From Octopus sinensis (taxonomy: Eukaryota): a DNA stretch of 64,000 bases. The notes below the pieces were generated by a model. The model saw nothing but the letters and a program-made list of their open reading frames with translations, was not told the DNA's origin and searched no databases. Position 1 is the stretch's first letter, and every line of letters begins with the position of its first letter. The DNA lies in assembly GCF_006345805.1 (NCBI RefSeq), contig NC_043011.1:52588464-52652463 (forward strand), read 5' to 3'. The translations under genes were made by a program, and so were the position numbers. This document shows, piece by piece, positions 23,087 through 33,650 of the stretch.

Positions 23087-23184
<98 letters not shown>

Positions 23185-23290
23185 AGGTTTGGAGATGATG
23201 TACAGGTATTATATATTAGAAGAAATGAGGTAATCAGAAGATCGGATGGTTTATATTTACAGATATTTATATATTACATTTTATATATAT

Positions 23291-23333
<43 letters not shown>

Positions 23334-23334
23334 T

Positions 23335-23371
<37 letters not shown>

Positions 23372-24157
23372 CATATCACTTAGCGCTTTCTCCCATTCTA
23401 GTGGGGTTTTCAAATCAAACTAAGTTCCTGTGTAGGGAACACGATGGGCATCTTTCAGTATGACAACTGGATCAAATATCAGGTGATCCAAGTGGGAAGA
23501 TTTCAACAGGACAGTGAAGAACAACTACTAGTTTCACTGTTCATAACCAATTCGTCAGGAGTATTTACATCGTTCGATTTTCAGAGATAGAAAGTAACAT
23601 GCAGCCACTTATCGACAACCACCGCTTCTATTCATTTGTATATAAAAAGTAAATATATATTTATTAAACCTCATTCATGTATTTTTTTTAAAGTTTGTAC
23701 TTTTTTTTTCCATTTAAGGCAAATTAAAATTTATTAAGAATATTTTGTGTGCGTCATTCATTACATCATCACCTATGTGATTCACCCATAATTAGACAAC
23801 GGCACAACCCCTACCTTGTGGACCTGCTAGAAATAACAGCCAAATCTCCCTCAAGTTACGTTCTACGGACTTAGAAGAAAGAAAGAAAAAAAAACGGATA
23901 CATCAGATAATGTCGTCCAAGATACTTATAAAACGGTGGGATGTTTACGGCTTGAATGTTTTTGATCATAGGTCAGCTTGGGGCTAATCAACAGTGTATA
24001 ACAGTAGATGTGCATGTTTAATTGCAAGAATATATCTACCACAATACAATTGTTGCATGTTAGGACGTGTGTCTGTGTGTTAGTAAGTTATGAACCGAAT
24101 GTCTTGGGTGCTGACTCATACAAAAGAAGGTATTTTCATCTGACTATTGTATGATGC

Positions 24158-24168
24158 TGCGCCTGCGC
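24158..24168. promoter_or_regulatory. NRF1-like motif TGCGCCTGCGC upstream of the hAT-derived gene
   Basis: Motif match only. A CCAAT box and a GC-rich patch with a possible donor (AGG|GTAACA at 24704) lie at 24630-24740. Confidence 0.3.
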
Positions 24169-25651
24169 GCATATGTGTATATGTATATGAATATGTGCAC
24201 ATGGTATATATATTTATTATATATGTAGGTCCCGGGTTGAGTCGGGGTTAACCACAGTAAATAAGGTACTCAATACATAGCAGAGTAAATTTGAATGAAA
24301 CAGTTCTAGTCCTGTAGAAGCTCCTTCTATAAAATAAAATATTTATTATATATATATATATATGTGTGTATGTGTGTGTGTGCAGGGATGAATGTACATA
24401 CATGTTTGTGTAATGCACGTAGGGTAGGGTGCACGTAAAGATAGACAGTAATGGGGAAAATATTTAAATAGATCCACTGATAGCGCGAGAGAGGGAGAGA
24501 GAGAGATTTTGGCAGATTAATCACGAGAGATGGTGAGAACGAAAAAAGAAAACAGTGTCGAGAGATGAACAGTGAACAGTGAAGGGTGAGGCTCTGAATG
24601 CGAAACAAGAAATATATCAGCTTCTTTTTAAAAATGAACCAATGAAATGATTAAACTGAACAGCAGCAAGTGATTGGGACGACGGAGGCGAGGGCGGCGG
24701 AGGGTAACAATTAGGGCGGCTGCATTCAATGCCGCTCAACACATGTTATTGCGGCACCTCATCCGAAGTTAGTAACATTACCACATGATTTGTTTTTTCA
24801 TAACATGTTTACTGCTAAGGTTTCGATATGTTGTTTCTATTATCATTGCTGTTACTATAGGTCAGCCTTATACTACTAATTCATTGTGAAATCTAATATG
24901 TTGTTGCAATATCTATAATTGTTATTGTTCTTTACTTTCTCTATCCATCCCTCTATATTTATTTACATATTTATATATATATATATATGTTACATTCCTA
25001 GATTGCTTTTGCTTCGCTTCAACGATCGGTTGTTTATTTTTACTTATTTACTTTTTCTCTTTTGCCTTTTTCTTTTTTCCCTCAAATCCTCCAATTACCG
25101 GTTCGTCCGCTGCTTCTCCACTAATTTTATCTCTGTCCCATTTCTACCGTTATGTTATTATGCAATTGTTCTTCACCCTCACATACGTGTGTATGTGCCT
25201 TACTTAACTATACTGTGTCTGCTTCTCTTCCGCTATCAGTTTTTTCTTCCCCCCTTTTGCACTTTTCCCTGTGGTATTAGTATCAAATCCTCAAGTTGCC
25301 ATTTCGTCCCGGCCACTCACTCTGTTGCTTTTCCACTGCCAGTTCCTCAACTGTTTCTTCACTGATGATAATTTCTGTCCTATTCCCACTGACCGGTTAC
25401 TATATTCTTAACTCGCTCGCTCTCTCTCTCTCTCTGTATATATATTTATATAAATTCACTATGCTTTTTCTACTTAGCTCTAACTGTAATTTTTTTCGAC
25501 TGTCAGATCCTTAAGCTGCTAGTTCATTCAAAGCTATTTTCTCTAGTCTTTATCTCTATCTACTACCAGTTTCTCTACCCTCTTTCTTCTGCTGTTGTTC
25601 TTATGTAGCTCGTATTCTTACTGCTGCTTGCTCTGTTCCTTCTCCACTGCA

Positions 25652-27724
25652 ATGTCAAACAAAGTTAAATATTTAAAAACTATAGATTTCAGTAAATTGA
25701 AACTTAAAGAACAAATTGAAATCAAGTCTCTAGGCAGACCAATGCCAAATTTAAACATGCAGAAGTGTGGTCCAAGCAGGAGTATTGAATATGTGAGGCA
25801 ATTCAACTGTAACACATATGATAAATGTCTTTGGGTGTGTGGTTGTGAAGAATCAAATTCATTATATTGTTACCCATGTTTACTATTTGGTGGGGATGTT
25901 CTTTGGACAAAATCTGGAGTAAATGATTTAAGATGTCTTCAGCAGAAGATTAGAAAACATGAACAATCCAGCAAGCACATGGACAACATGATAAACCTAA
26001 CTCTTCTGGGTTGTACAACTTGTTCTGCCCTTCAAAATCATGACAGTCCCGCAGTCACATGGCACAATGAACGGGTGAAGAAAAATAGAAATGTCCTTCA
26101 CAAAATAATAAATTGTTTGAAATTTTGTGGAGAATATAATTTACATATTCGAGGACTTGACAATTCACATTTGGATAAAAGTTTGAATATATTTCAAGGT
26201 CTAATTGAGTACATGTATCATTTGGATTCTAGTTTTAGATTTGACGTATGTTCAGTGACAGTTTTAGAAGGAATATCACAAGCAATTTTGAATAAACTCT
26301 TAGAAGCTATGCTCAGTATTTGCCAAAATCAAATCAAGGAAGAGGTGAGCCATGCACAGTATTTAGCTGTTATGTGTGATGATATAGTTGATGTCTGTGA
26401 TAAAATGCAAGTGGCAGTGGTTCTGAGATATATGCTGAATGGGAAACCTGTTGAAAGATTTTGGGGGTTTTTCAACCCCGTAAATAGAACAGTTGATGCT
26501 TTAACAGAAATGCTACAGAAAGAGTTGTATGGTTTGATACCAGATTGTCCCAGTAAACTTATTGCTCAAACGTATGATGGGGCAGTCAGTTTAAGTGGAG
26601 ATAAGACAAATGTCCATACACTGATGAAAAAACAGTATAAAAATGCCCATTTCATTCATTGCTATGCACACAAGCATTGTGGAATTATTCAGAAAGCAAC
26701 ATGGCAAAATAGCAGCATGAAAGTATTTTTCAATGATATATCAAGTATTTCAACTTATTTTTCACGACCAGAAGTACTGGAGAAGATTTTAGGACAAATG
26801 GTAGTGCCTTCTTGTACAAATTCCAAAGAAAGTAATATCACTTTCACAATCAATGCCATACATGCCATGAAAGATACTTTAAAAGTATGTTGTGAAGTAT
26901 TAGAAACACGGACTTTAACAGAAATTGGAACTGAAGCAACAGCTATAAAAAGAATATTGAACGATGCTGATTTTGAGTTTTGGCTCTATTTTTTCTCCAA
27001 AGTAATGCCTCATATTGATGAACTATTTTCCCAGTTTGAATACAAAAGCATTGATGTTAGAAAAGCTACCATCTCTTTAAGTACTTTCTATCACATTATG
27101 AAAACTATTCGCAATGAATACGTGGAAGTCAAAGAGAACTGTTCTGAGAATAAACAGAAAAAATGTTGTCCAGAGAAAGCAGCCACCATAGAGGAGGTGT
27201 GTGATATAATTTTACTGAAATGTAGTGAAAGATTAAGTTTTATTAATCATTTGGAAGCAAGCAAGTTACTTGTACCAGATAACTTTTCATCATTTCTTTC
27301 AAAATTTCCTAACTATGAGCTAACTGAAGCAGTTGATGCATATCCTATGCTTGACAGAGAAAAACTTGGAACTGAACTTGCTGTCCTCTACGCCAGGAGT
27401 GATATATATCAAACCAAAAAGCTGATAGATTTATTAAGATTCTTTAATGAGAGTCACTTACAAACAACATTCTCTGAAACTGTAAAACTTATTAAAATTC
27501 TAATCACCACTCCAATGATTACTGAGGAATCAGAAAGATGTTTTAAAACTTTAGAGAAAATAAAATCCTTTTTGCGGAACCCCATAGCAATTGATAACCT
27601 GACAGCCTTGGGTATGGTGGCATTGGAGTGTAATATGGTGAAGAAAATAACAGAATTTAATGAGAAAGTCATAGACTGCTTTGTGACAGCAAATAATTTT
27701 CAGGAAGATTTTATGTACAAATAA
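25652..27724 (+). CDS. hAT-transposase-derived protein (ZMYM1/ZNF862/THAP12-like DUF4371 plus hAT dimerisation region), 690 aa, probably domesticated
   Basis: Intact ORF with a TTF-zinc-finger-like N-terminus (WVCGCEESNSLYCYPCLLFG), MCDDIVD, YDGA, CYAH and C-terminal SERCFKTLEKIKS. A strong splice acceptor at 25608 places the likely ATG at 25652. No TIRs or TSD seen. Confidence 0.85.
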   Translation: MSNKVKYLKTIDFSKLKLKEQIEIKSLGRPMPNLNMQKCGPSRSIEYVRQFNCNTYDKCLWVCGCEESNSLYCYPCLLFGGDVLWTKSGVNDLRCLQQKIRKHEQSSKHMDNMINLTLLGCTTCSALQNHDSPAVTWHNERVKKNRNVLHKIINCLKFCGEYNLHIRGLDNSHLDKSLNIFQGLIEYMYHLDSSFRFDVCSVTVLEGISQAILNKLLEAMLSICQNQIKEEVSHAQYLAVMCDDIVDVCDKMQVAVVLRYMLNGKPVERFWGFFNPVNRTVDALTEMLQKELYGLIPDCPSKLIAQTYDGAVSLSGDKTNVHTLMKKQYKNAHFIHCYAHKHCGIIQKATWQNSSMKVFFNDISSISTYFSRPEVLEKILGQMVVPSCTNSKESNITFTINAIHAMKDTLKVCCEVLETRTLTEIGTEATAIKRILNDADFEFWLYFFSKVMPHIDELFSQFEYKSIDVRKATISLSTFYHIMKTIRNEYVEVKENCSENKQKKCCPEKAATIEEVCDIILLKCSERLSFINHLEASKLLVPDNFSSFLSKFPNYELTEAVDAYPMLDREKLGTELAVLYARSDIYQTKKLIDLLRFFNESHLQTTFSETVKLIKILITTPMITEESERCFKTLEKIKSFLRNPIAIDNLTALGMVALECNMVKKITEFNEKVIDCFVTANNFQEDFMYK

Positions 27725-29350
27725 ATAACCAACTCTTTATAGTCATCCTGGGAATAATGAATATGGAAGCATTTAAGAAAATGGGAAGATTTTTCTATAT
27801 AAATAATGGACTCTGTACAGCCATCTTTGACCCTGGTGAAATATTCTAAAGTTCTCAAGAATAAATGTGCATCATGTAAGAAATTCTCTGATATTATTCT
27901 TTTAGCTTTATTTTTTGTCACTTTTTCATGCAATCCTTGTAAGACAAAATTCTCATGGCCAAGCTTAGTCTGCCTAACAATAAACAGCTTACACTCTAAG
28001 TGATAAATACAGCTTACCACTATAACCAATATAAGAACACTGAATGAGTAATAAGTATTTCATTATTTTTCTGTGCTTGAGTTTCCCTAACCAAATAAAA
28101 TAATTCTTTCAAAGGCCAGCAATTTTAGGGGAAAGGGTGTGTTGATTACATTGATGTCAGTACTCAACTAATATTTATTTTATCAACTCCAAAGGGATGA
28201 AAGGCAAAGTCAACTTTGACAGAATTTGAGCTCAGAACATAAATGAACCTCAAGAAATGCCACTAAACATTTCATCCAATGCACTGATGATTCTGCTGGC
28301 TCACTACCTTCTGACCAAATAAAATAATAAATGCTCTCTAAGTCATGTTTTATCCCATTTCAACCCCTGTGATTAAAGGTGTTCCAACTATGCCCTCCAT
28401 CATTTTTTTCAGACACTGTATCGAAGACTATGTTATCTAATGTGTTCTTCCTTTGTTACAGAGAGCAGGGAGTGATCTAAGGGAGGTTTGGCAGCCGTTT
28501 ATAGCTAGTTGAGCAACTGCATTAAAAGCTATATTTATTAGTGCATATAGTTAATTTTTGGGTTACCTTTTTGTATATATAATCCTTGTAAGTCAAGATC
28601 TTCATGGCCTGTCTAAGTCCTGCAGTTAGACAGCTGCAAAGTTCTTCAATAATATCAGATATTCCATTATGTTTTACCCCTGAAGGTGGTGGTTGTTTAA
28701 TTTTATGGTGGCTAGGAAGCCAGTCAATCAGAGAAAATATTCTTTAATCTGTTCTCTCTTTTTAATAGCTGGGTGAATAATGCAGTCTAGAAATACAATG
28801 AAATGCATGCAACAGATTTGAACTAATAACCTGTGAATAGTTAGTCCAAAACCTTATCCACTCAACTATCAAAACCTTCAAATCATTGAAAAGAAAGCAA
28901 CAAGATTTCTCTCCAGTGCAATATTCATTCTTAAAAGTCTCTTACATGCAATCACTGTAAGTTACCTATTTAATGACTAACAATGGTCTTTAACAAGATG
29001 TTAGTCAAAAGGGTGAATATATGTCATTTGTTTCTCTCACAGTAAGGCACAGTGGCCACGAACCTGTTTGCAGAAGGAGGGGTAGGTTCACATATGCTGA
29101 AAAGTAGAGAAACCTGGGTGAGATTAGCAGTTGTTGTTTAGACCAAGGTCACACCTGACAAACACTTGTCATCAAAAGTACTCAAGCCATGACCAACCAA
29201 TCCTTTCCTTTTTCAGGAATAGTGTATCTAGGACTACATTACCTATGTAATTTCTTTGAGAATGATATGATGTAGTTTGAAGTGATATTTGGCTGCTATT
29301 TTCAATAGGTCAAGTGACTATGCCAAGGCTCCCTCATGATCAGCTTAGAC

Positions 29351-29691
29351 CAGGAGTTCTCAATCATTTTTTATCTATGAATCCCTTTGATTGCTATTTT
29401 ATTCTGATATATCTCCATAGCTATTCAATGTTTAAAAACTAGTTTTATAGAACCTTCTTTCAAAATTCCTATTTTGTTTTTGACATAATATAGGTTGAAT
29501 TATGTAAAATGTTAGAGAAAGAAACCTAGCTGTTTTTGCATTACATATCAATACTTACATCTAAGGCAAAATTTTTTCAGGAGCCCTTAAAATACTGTTG
29601 TAGATCCCCAGTTTATTATTTTGTGGTATGAACCCCCAAAAATCTAATATAAACCCTCAGGGTTCATATGGACCCTGGATGAGAACCATTG
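29351..29691. mobile_element. Older hAT-type MITE
   Basis: Ends caggagttctcaa / tgagaaccattg with ttaga-containing 8-bp flanks that match only partly. Confidence 0.5.
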
Positions 29692-29781
29692 CTTTAGATT
29701 ATAATAGATTAATTTTGAAGTTCTCAGTCATTTTTTCACTTCACAGCATGCTGGCGATCAAACAAGAAATTATTGGCTTAA

Positions 29782-30001
29782 CCCTTTAGCATTTATATTA
29801 TTCTGTCAAATGTAAAGCTTATGTATTCACACCATTTAAAATTAATCATACATTATTTCATGGCTTTGAGATTTCAATGATGTGATTGTTAATCTTTAAA
29901 TTGACACTGTAAGGTAGCAATGAAAGACAATATCTGACCAGATTGGACATAAAACATGTAGAATATTTTGGTTGGATATGGCCGGTTTAAACACTAAAGG
30001 G
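29782..30001. mobile_element. piggyBac-like MITE
   Basis: TTAA|CCCTTTAG ... CTAAAGGG|TTAA. Related copies at 252-467, 55568-55796 and about 57447-57675. Confidence 0.7.
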
Positions 30002-30097
30002 TTAAAAAAACCTGTTTTAAAGTTCACAATCTAGGATTGTAATTTTAAAAAACAACTATTATTTACCTTTCTGTATTTAAGAGATGAGGGATTATGT

Positions 30098-30420
30098 ACA
30101 TTATTTACATTCGATGGATATTTGTCCTCATCTTGTTTGTTGTTAACACAATGTTTCAGCTGATATACCCTCCAGCCTTCATCAGGTGTCTTGGGAAAAT
30201 TACAACCGTTGGAAAAAAACATCAGCTAAATAACGAAAAGGATCCATTACAACCGTTGGAAAAAACATCAGCTACATAATGAAATCAATACTTTAGGAAT
30301 GGGAACCCAGGTTCGAAATTACCCCATGACACCTGAAGAAGGCTGGAGGGTATATCAGCTGAAATGTTGTGTTAACAACAAACAAGATGAGGTCAAATAT
30401 CCGTCGAATGTAAATAATGT
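30098..30420. repeat. Inverted repeat, 98-bp arms (30098-30195 / 30323-30420) around a 127-bp spacer
   Basis: Arms are reverse complements with about 6 mismatches. The spacer holds a ~30-bp direct duplication (attacaaccgttggaaaaaa(a)catcagcta). Confidence 0.9.
30327..30374 (+). ncRNA. Minimal type I hammerhead ribozyme motif (second copy at 30144-30191 on -)
   Basis: Stem I ugacac/guguua, CUGAAGA(+A), stem II gcug...cagc, GAAAUGUU. The minus copy has CUGAUGA(+A) and GAAACAUU. Both derive from a palindromic GAAACGUU by CpG-type transitions. Confidence 0.65.
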
Positions 30421-33099
30421 ATTATTTGCCTTGTTTTATTAATCATACATGTGTATAACAAAATTCAAGGCACTTGATCATGAGTATCATTAAAGCCTTG
30501 AATTTTATTTTAAAAAATTTGTGGCACACCATTTGGGAACCACTGGGCTAGATGAATATAGCTCCTACTTTAAACCAAAACCTATGATTTAATATGATTG
30601 AGACAAATCACATCTCTTACTTGCAATATTTGTTCCATATTTAGCATTTTGCCTACCATAGGTGTCACCAGTGACTTTCTACACTATATTCTTAATGTAC
30701 TGTGGGAGTCATTGGTGACTCATAATGGAGTTTCACATCTCTGTAGTTCAAACTACATTATTTTAATTTTAGGAAATGTACTGAACACCTGTTTCTTTGT
30801 ATTTCCCTGACTTTGCCTTTCATCCTTTCAGGGTTGATAAATTAAGTACCAGTTGTGTACTGAGGGTCGATCTAATTGACTGGCCCCCTCCCTGAAAATT
30901 TTGGGCCTTCTGCCTTGAGTAGAAAAGTATATCTAATTATTTTCATGTCTCCTTTTTTTCTGCTTGATGTATTGGTGAATAGTCAACTGAATTGGAGAGT
31001 ATACACATGGATACATATATATATCATCATTATCATCATAATTGTCATTGTTTTAATGTCCACTTTTTTATGTTTGCATGCATTGAACAGAGTTTATTGA
31101 GGCTGATTTTCTGCTGCCAGATACATTTCTTGACACCAACCCTCACCTGTTTTGAAGCAGGGTAATATTTCTCCATAGCCAGGCATGTTCTTGCAGAATA
31201 TTGGAAATAAATTATATTCATTTACAACAATCAGACAATGTCAAAACAGAAACACAATCATATACACACTTGCATGCATACTTGCGCAGATACACACATA
31301 CATTCCACCCCCATATATATATATATATATATGTATATAAATTTTTATAACTATAAGCATAATTACTATTAGGATGTTTATAATTATAATAATTTTTGTA
31401 TAAGTTTACCGATAATGGTTCTTTTTACATACCGAACTACTTGGTAAGATTATTAATTATAAATTGATTAATTAATTTTACCCTTTATTATTATTGATTA
31501 TATATATATATAATAGACTTTTTTCGGTTTCTGTCTGCTAAATTCAGTCACAAGTCTGTGGTTGGCCTAGGGCTATTGTAGAAAACACTAGCCTGAGGTT
31601 CCATGCAGAGGGATTGAACCTGAAACCATGTGGCTGGGAAGCAAGCTTCTCAACCACAGTCATTCTTGCACCTAATGTGTGTGTGTATGTATGTGTGTCT
31701 GTGTGTGTTTAAATTTGTTGTTAAATCGAGTATTGTGTCCCTGTATGTCTCAAAGTTAGCAGTTCATCAAGCAGAGATCTATAAAATAAATGCCAGATTG
31801 AAATACATACTGAGATCAGTATGATCAATTAAATTTTTGAAGGTGATACCTCATCATGCTGACAGTCAAAAGACTAAACCCAGTAAAATTATGTTTAAAG
31901 ACTTAATGGCTTCAAATTTAAGGTAATGGATTACTAACCACAAGATAATGAGTTCAAAACTTTGTATTGAACTTCCACTCCATACGATGACACTATATGT
32001 ACATCTCAGTCTACCTGACTTCCGACGATTAAGAATTGTAATTTGAAGTTGAATGGTTAGCAGTAAGAAAGATGTCCTGATTTCTTAAAAAATTATTGTG
32101 CAAAATATTCTGATAAAAATTTTTTTTCCACCATAACGAAACACACACACACAGAGGTGTCTTTGTAGTAACTTGAGCTACTACAAATAGCAGTCAAATC
32201 TCTGTTAAAACACACCCTTTCGTCAAAAGAGAAACACAAATTTACAGTATTTCAACAAGAAAAAACAAACTATACGATGCGTCTAGTACAGACGCATCTC
32301 TAGGCTAAACAATACACAGAAAACATACTTCACATTAAAAGATTATCTACTAAATAATACTAATAAATTTGACGGTATATCTACAAAGCTTCTTTCCCCG
32401 GTAAAACTCAACAGTTTCTTATGCTCATCTAAGCCTTAAAGTATGTTCAGCTAGAGTTGCCTCCCTTAGCTAAATATTTTCAACGTTGTGTTTTCATGTT
32501 GTTTAATGCAAGATAGAGTCGGCCTATGATTAAATATATTTCACTCATCATCATCTCGTCTTCTTCTTATATATACATATATAGTGTATCTAGGTATACA
32601 TTATTCAATTTATCCTTCCTTTTTTTTTATGAGTAGAGGGATGTGATGTGGAAGCTACTGTTTAGGAACCATGTAGAAGCCATCTTGTTGGGGTGGTGTG
32701 AATATTAATAATTCAAACGATTGATAATAATGGTAAATACATCTCAGTAGTGGAACAGAACTAAGTTTTATCATTTAATATTTTTACTTTATTTTTTTAA
32801 ACTTCTCTTTTCCCTTTTTTAGTCCTCCGCACCATCTCTTTATTGATAATTACCACAACAGAATTCTCTATCATATGTCAGTTTTCAAAAACAATATATA
32901 TATATATATATAAAAGAAAAGAAAAGGAAAAAGGTAAAGATGCAGGTATGGTTGTGTAGTTAAAATGCCTGCTTTGAATCCACCTGGTCTGGGGTTCAGT
33001 TCTACTGCACAGCAACTTGGGCAAGTGTCTTCTATAGATCTGAAGTCCATTTTGTGATTAAAAATAAGTGGGGGGATACCTAGAAGTAGCTGATAGCTT

Positions 33100-33650
33100 T
33101 ATCCAGGTGAGCAAGTCAGCAGTGGAGGTGGATGCCTCGAGAGTGTAGCTGCTAGAATTAGAATAGAATGGGCAAAGTTCAGAGAGCTTCTACCTTCATT
33201 GGCAACAAAGAGCCTATCCCTCTGAGTGAAATGTAGATTGTATGATGCCTGTGTAAGAACAGCCATGTTACATGGCAGTGAAACATAGGATGTGACTGCA
33301 GAGCACATGCAAAGACTTGGAAGGCATGAAGCTAGTATGCTTCACTGGATGAGCAATGTCAGTGTGCATGTATGGTGGAGTGTAAGCATCTTGAGAGAAA
33401 AAGCTGAGCAAAAGAGGCATGAGATGTTGTACACAAGAGAGATGACTGTGTTCGTATGGTCATGTGATGCATAGGCTGTGGACAGCTGTATAAAGAAGTG
33501 CTGATCTCTAACTGTAGAGGGAATCTGTGGAAGAGGTAGACCCAGAAAGACATAGGACGAGATGGTGAAGCATGATCTTCAAATGTTGGGCCTCATGGGG
33601 GTGATGACAAGGGATTAAAACCTTTGGCAAGATGCTGTGCTCAAGAAGAC
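33100..33650 (+). mobile_element. Degenerate RTE LINE fragment (RT C-terminal region)
   Basis: GGGCLESVAARIRIEWAKFRELLP...RLYDACVRTAMLHGSET, with in-frame stops. Confidence 0.8.

Noticed and set aside
25595-25651. ORF-track N-terminal extension MFLCSSYSYCCLLCSFSTA of the hAT protein
   Set aside because: It starts at a non-ATG codon inside the polypyrimidine tract and acceptor. ATG 25652 is more plausible, unless an upstream phase-2 coding exon exists.
27700-28029. Short ORFs on both strands after the hAT stop
   Set aside because: No recognisable motifs. The region looks like 3'UTR with several AATAAA signals.
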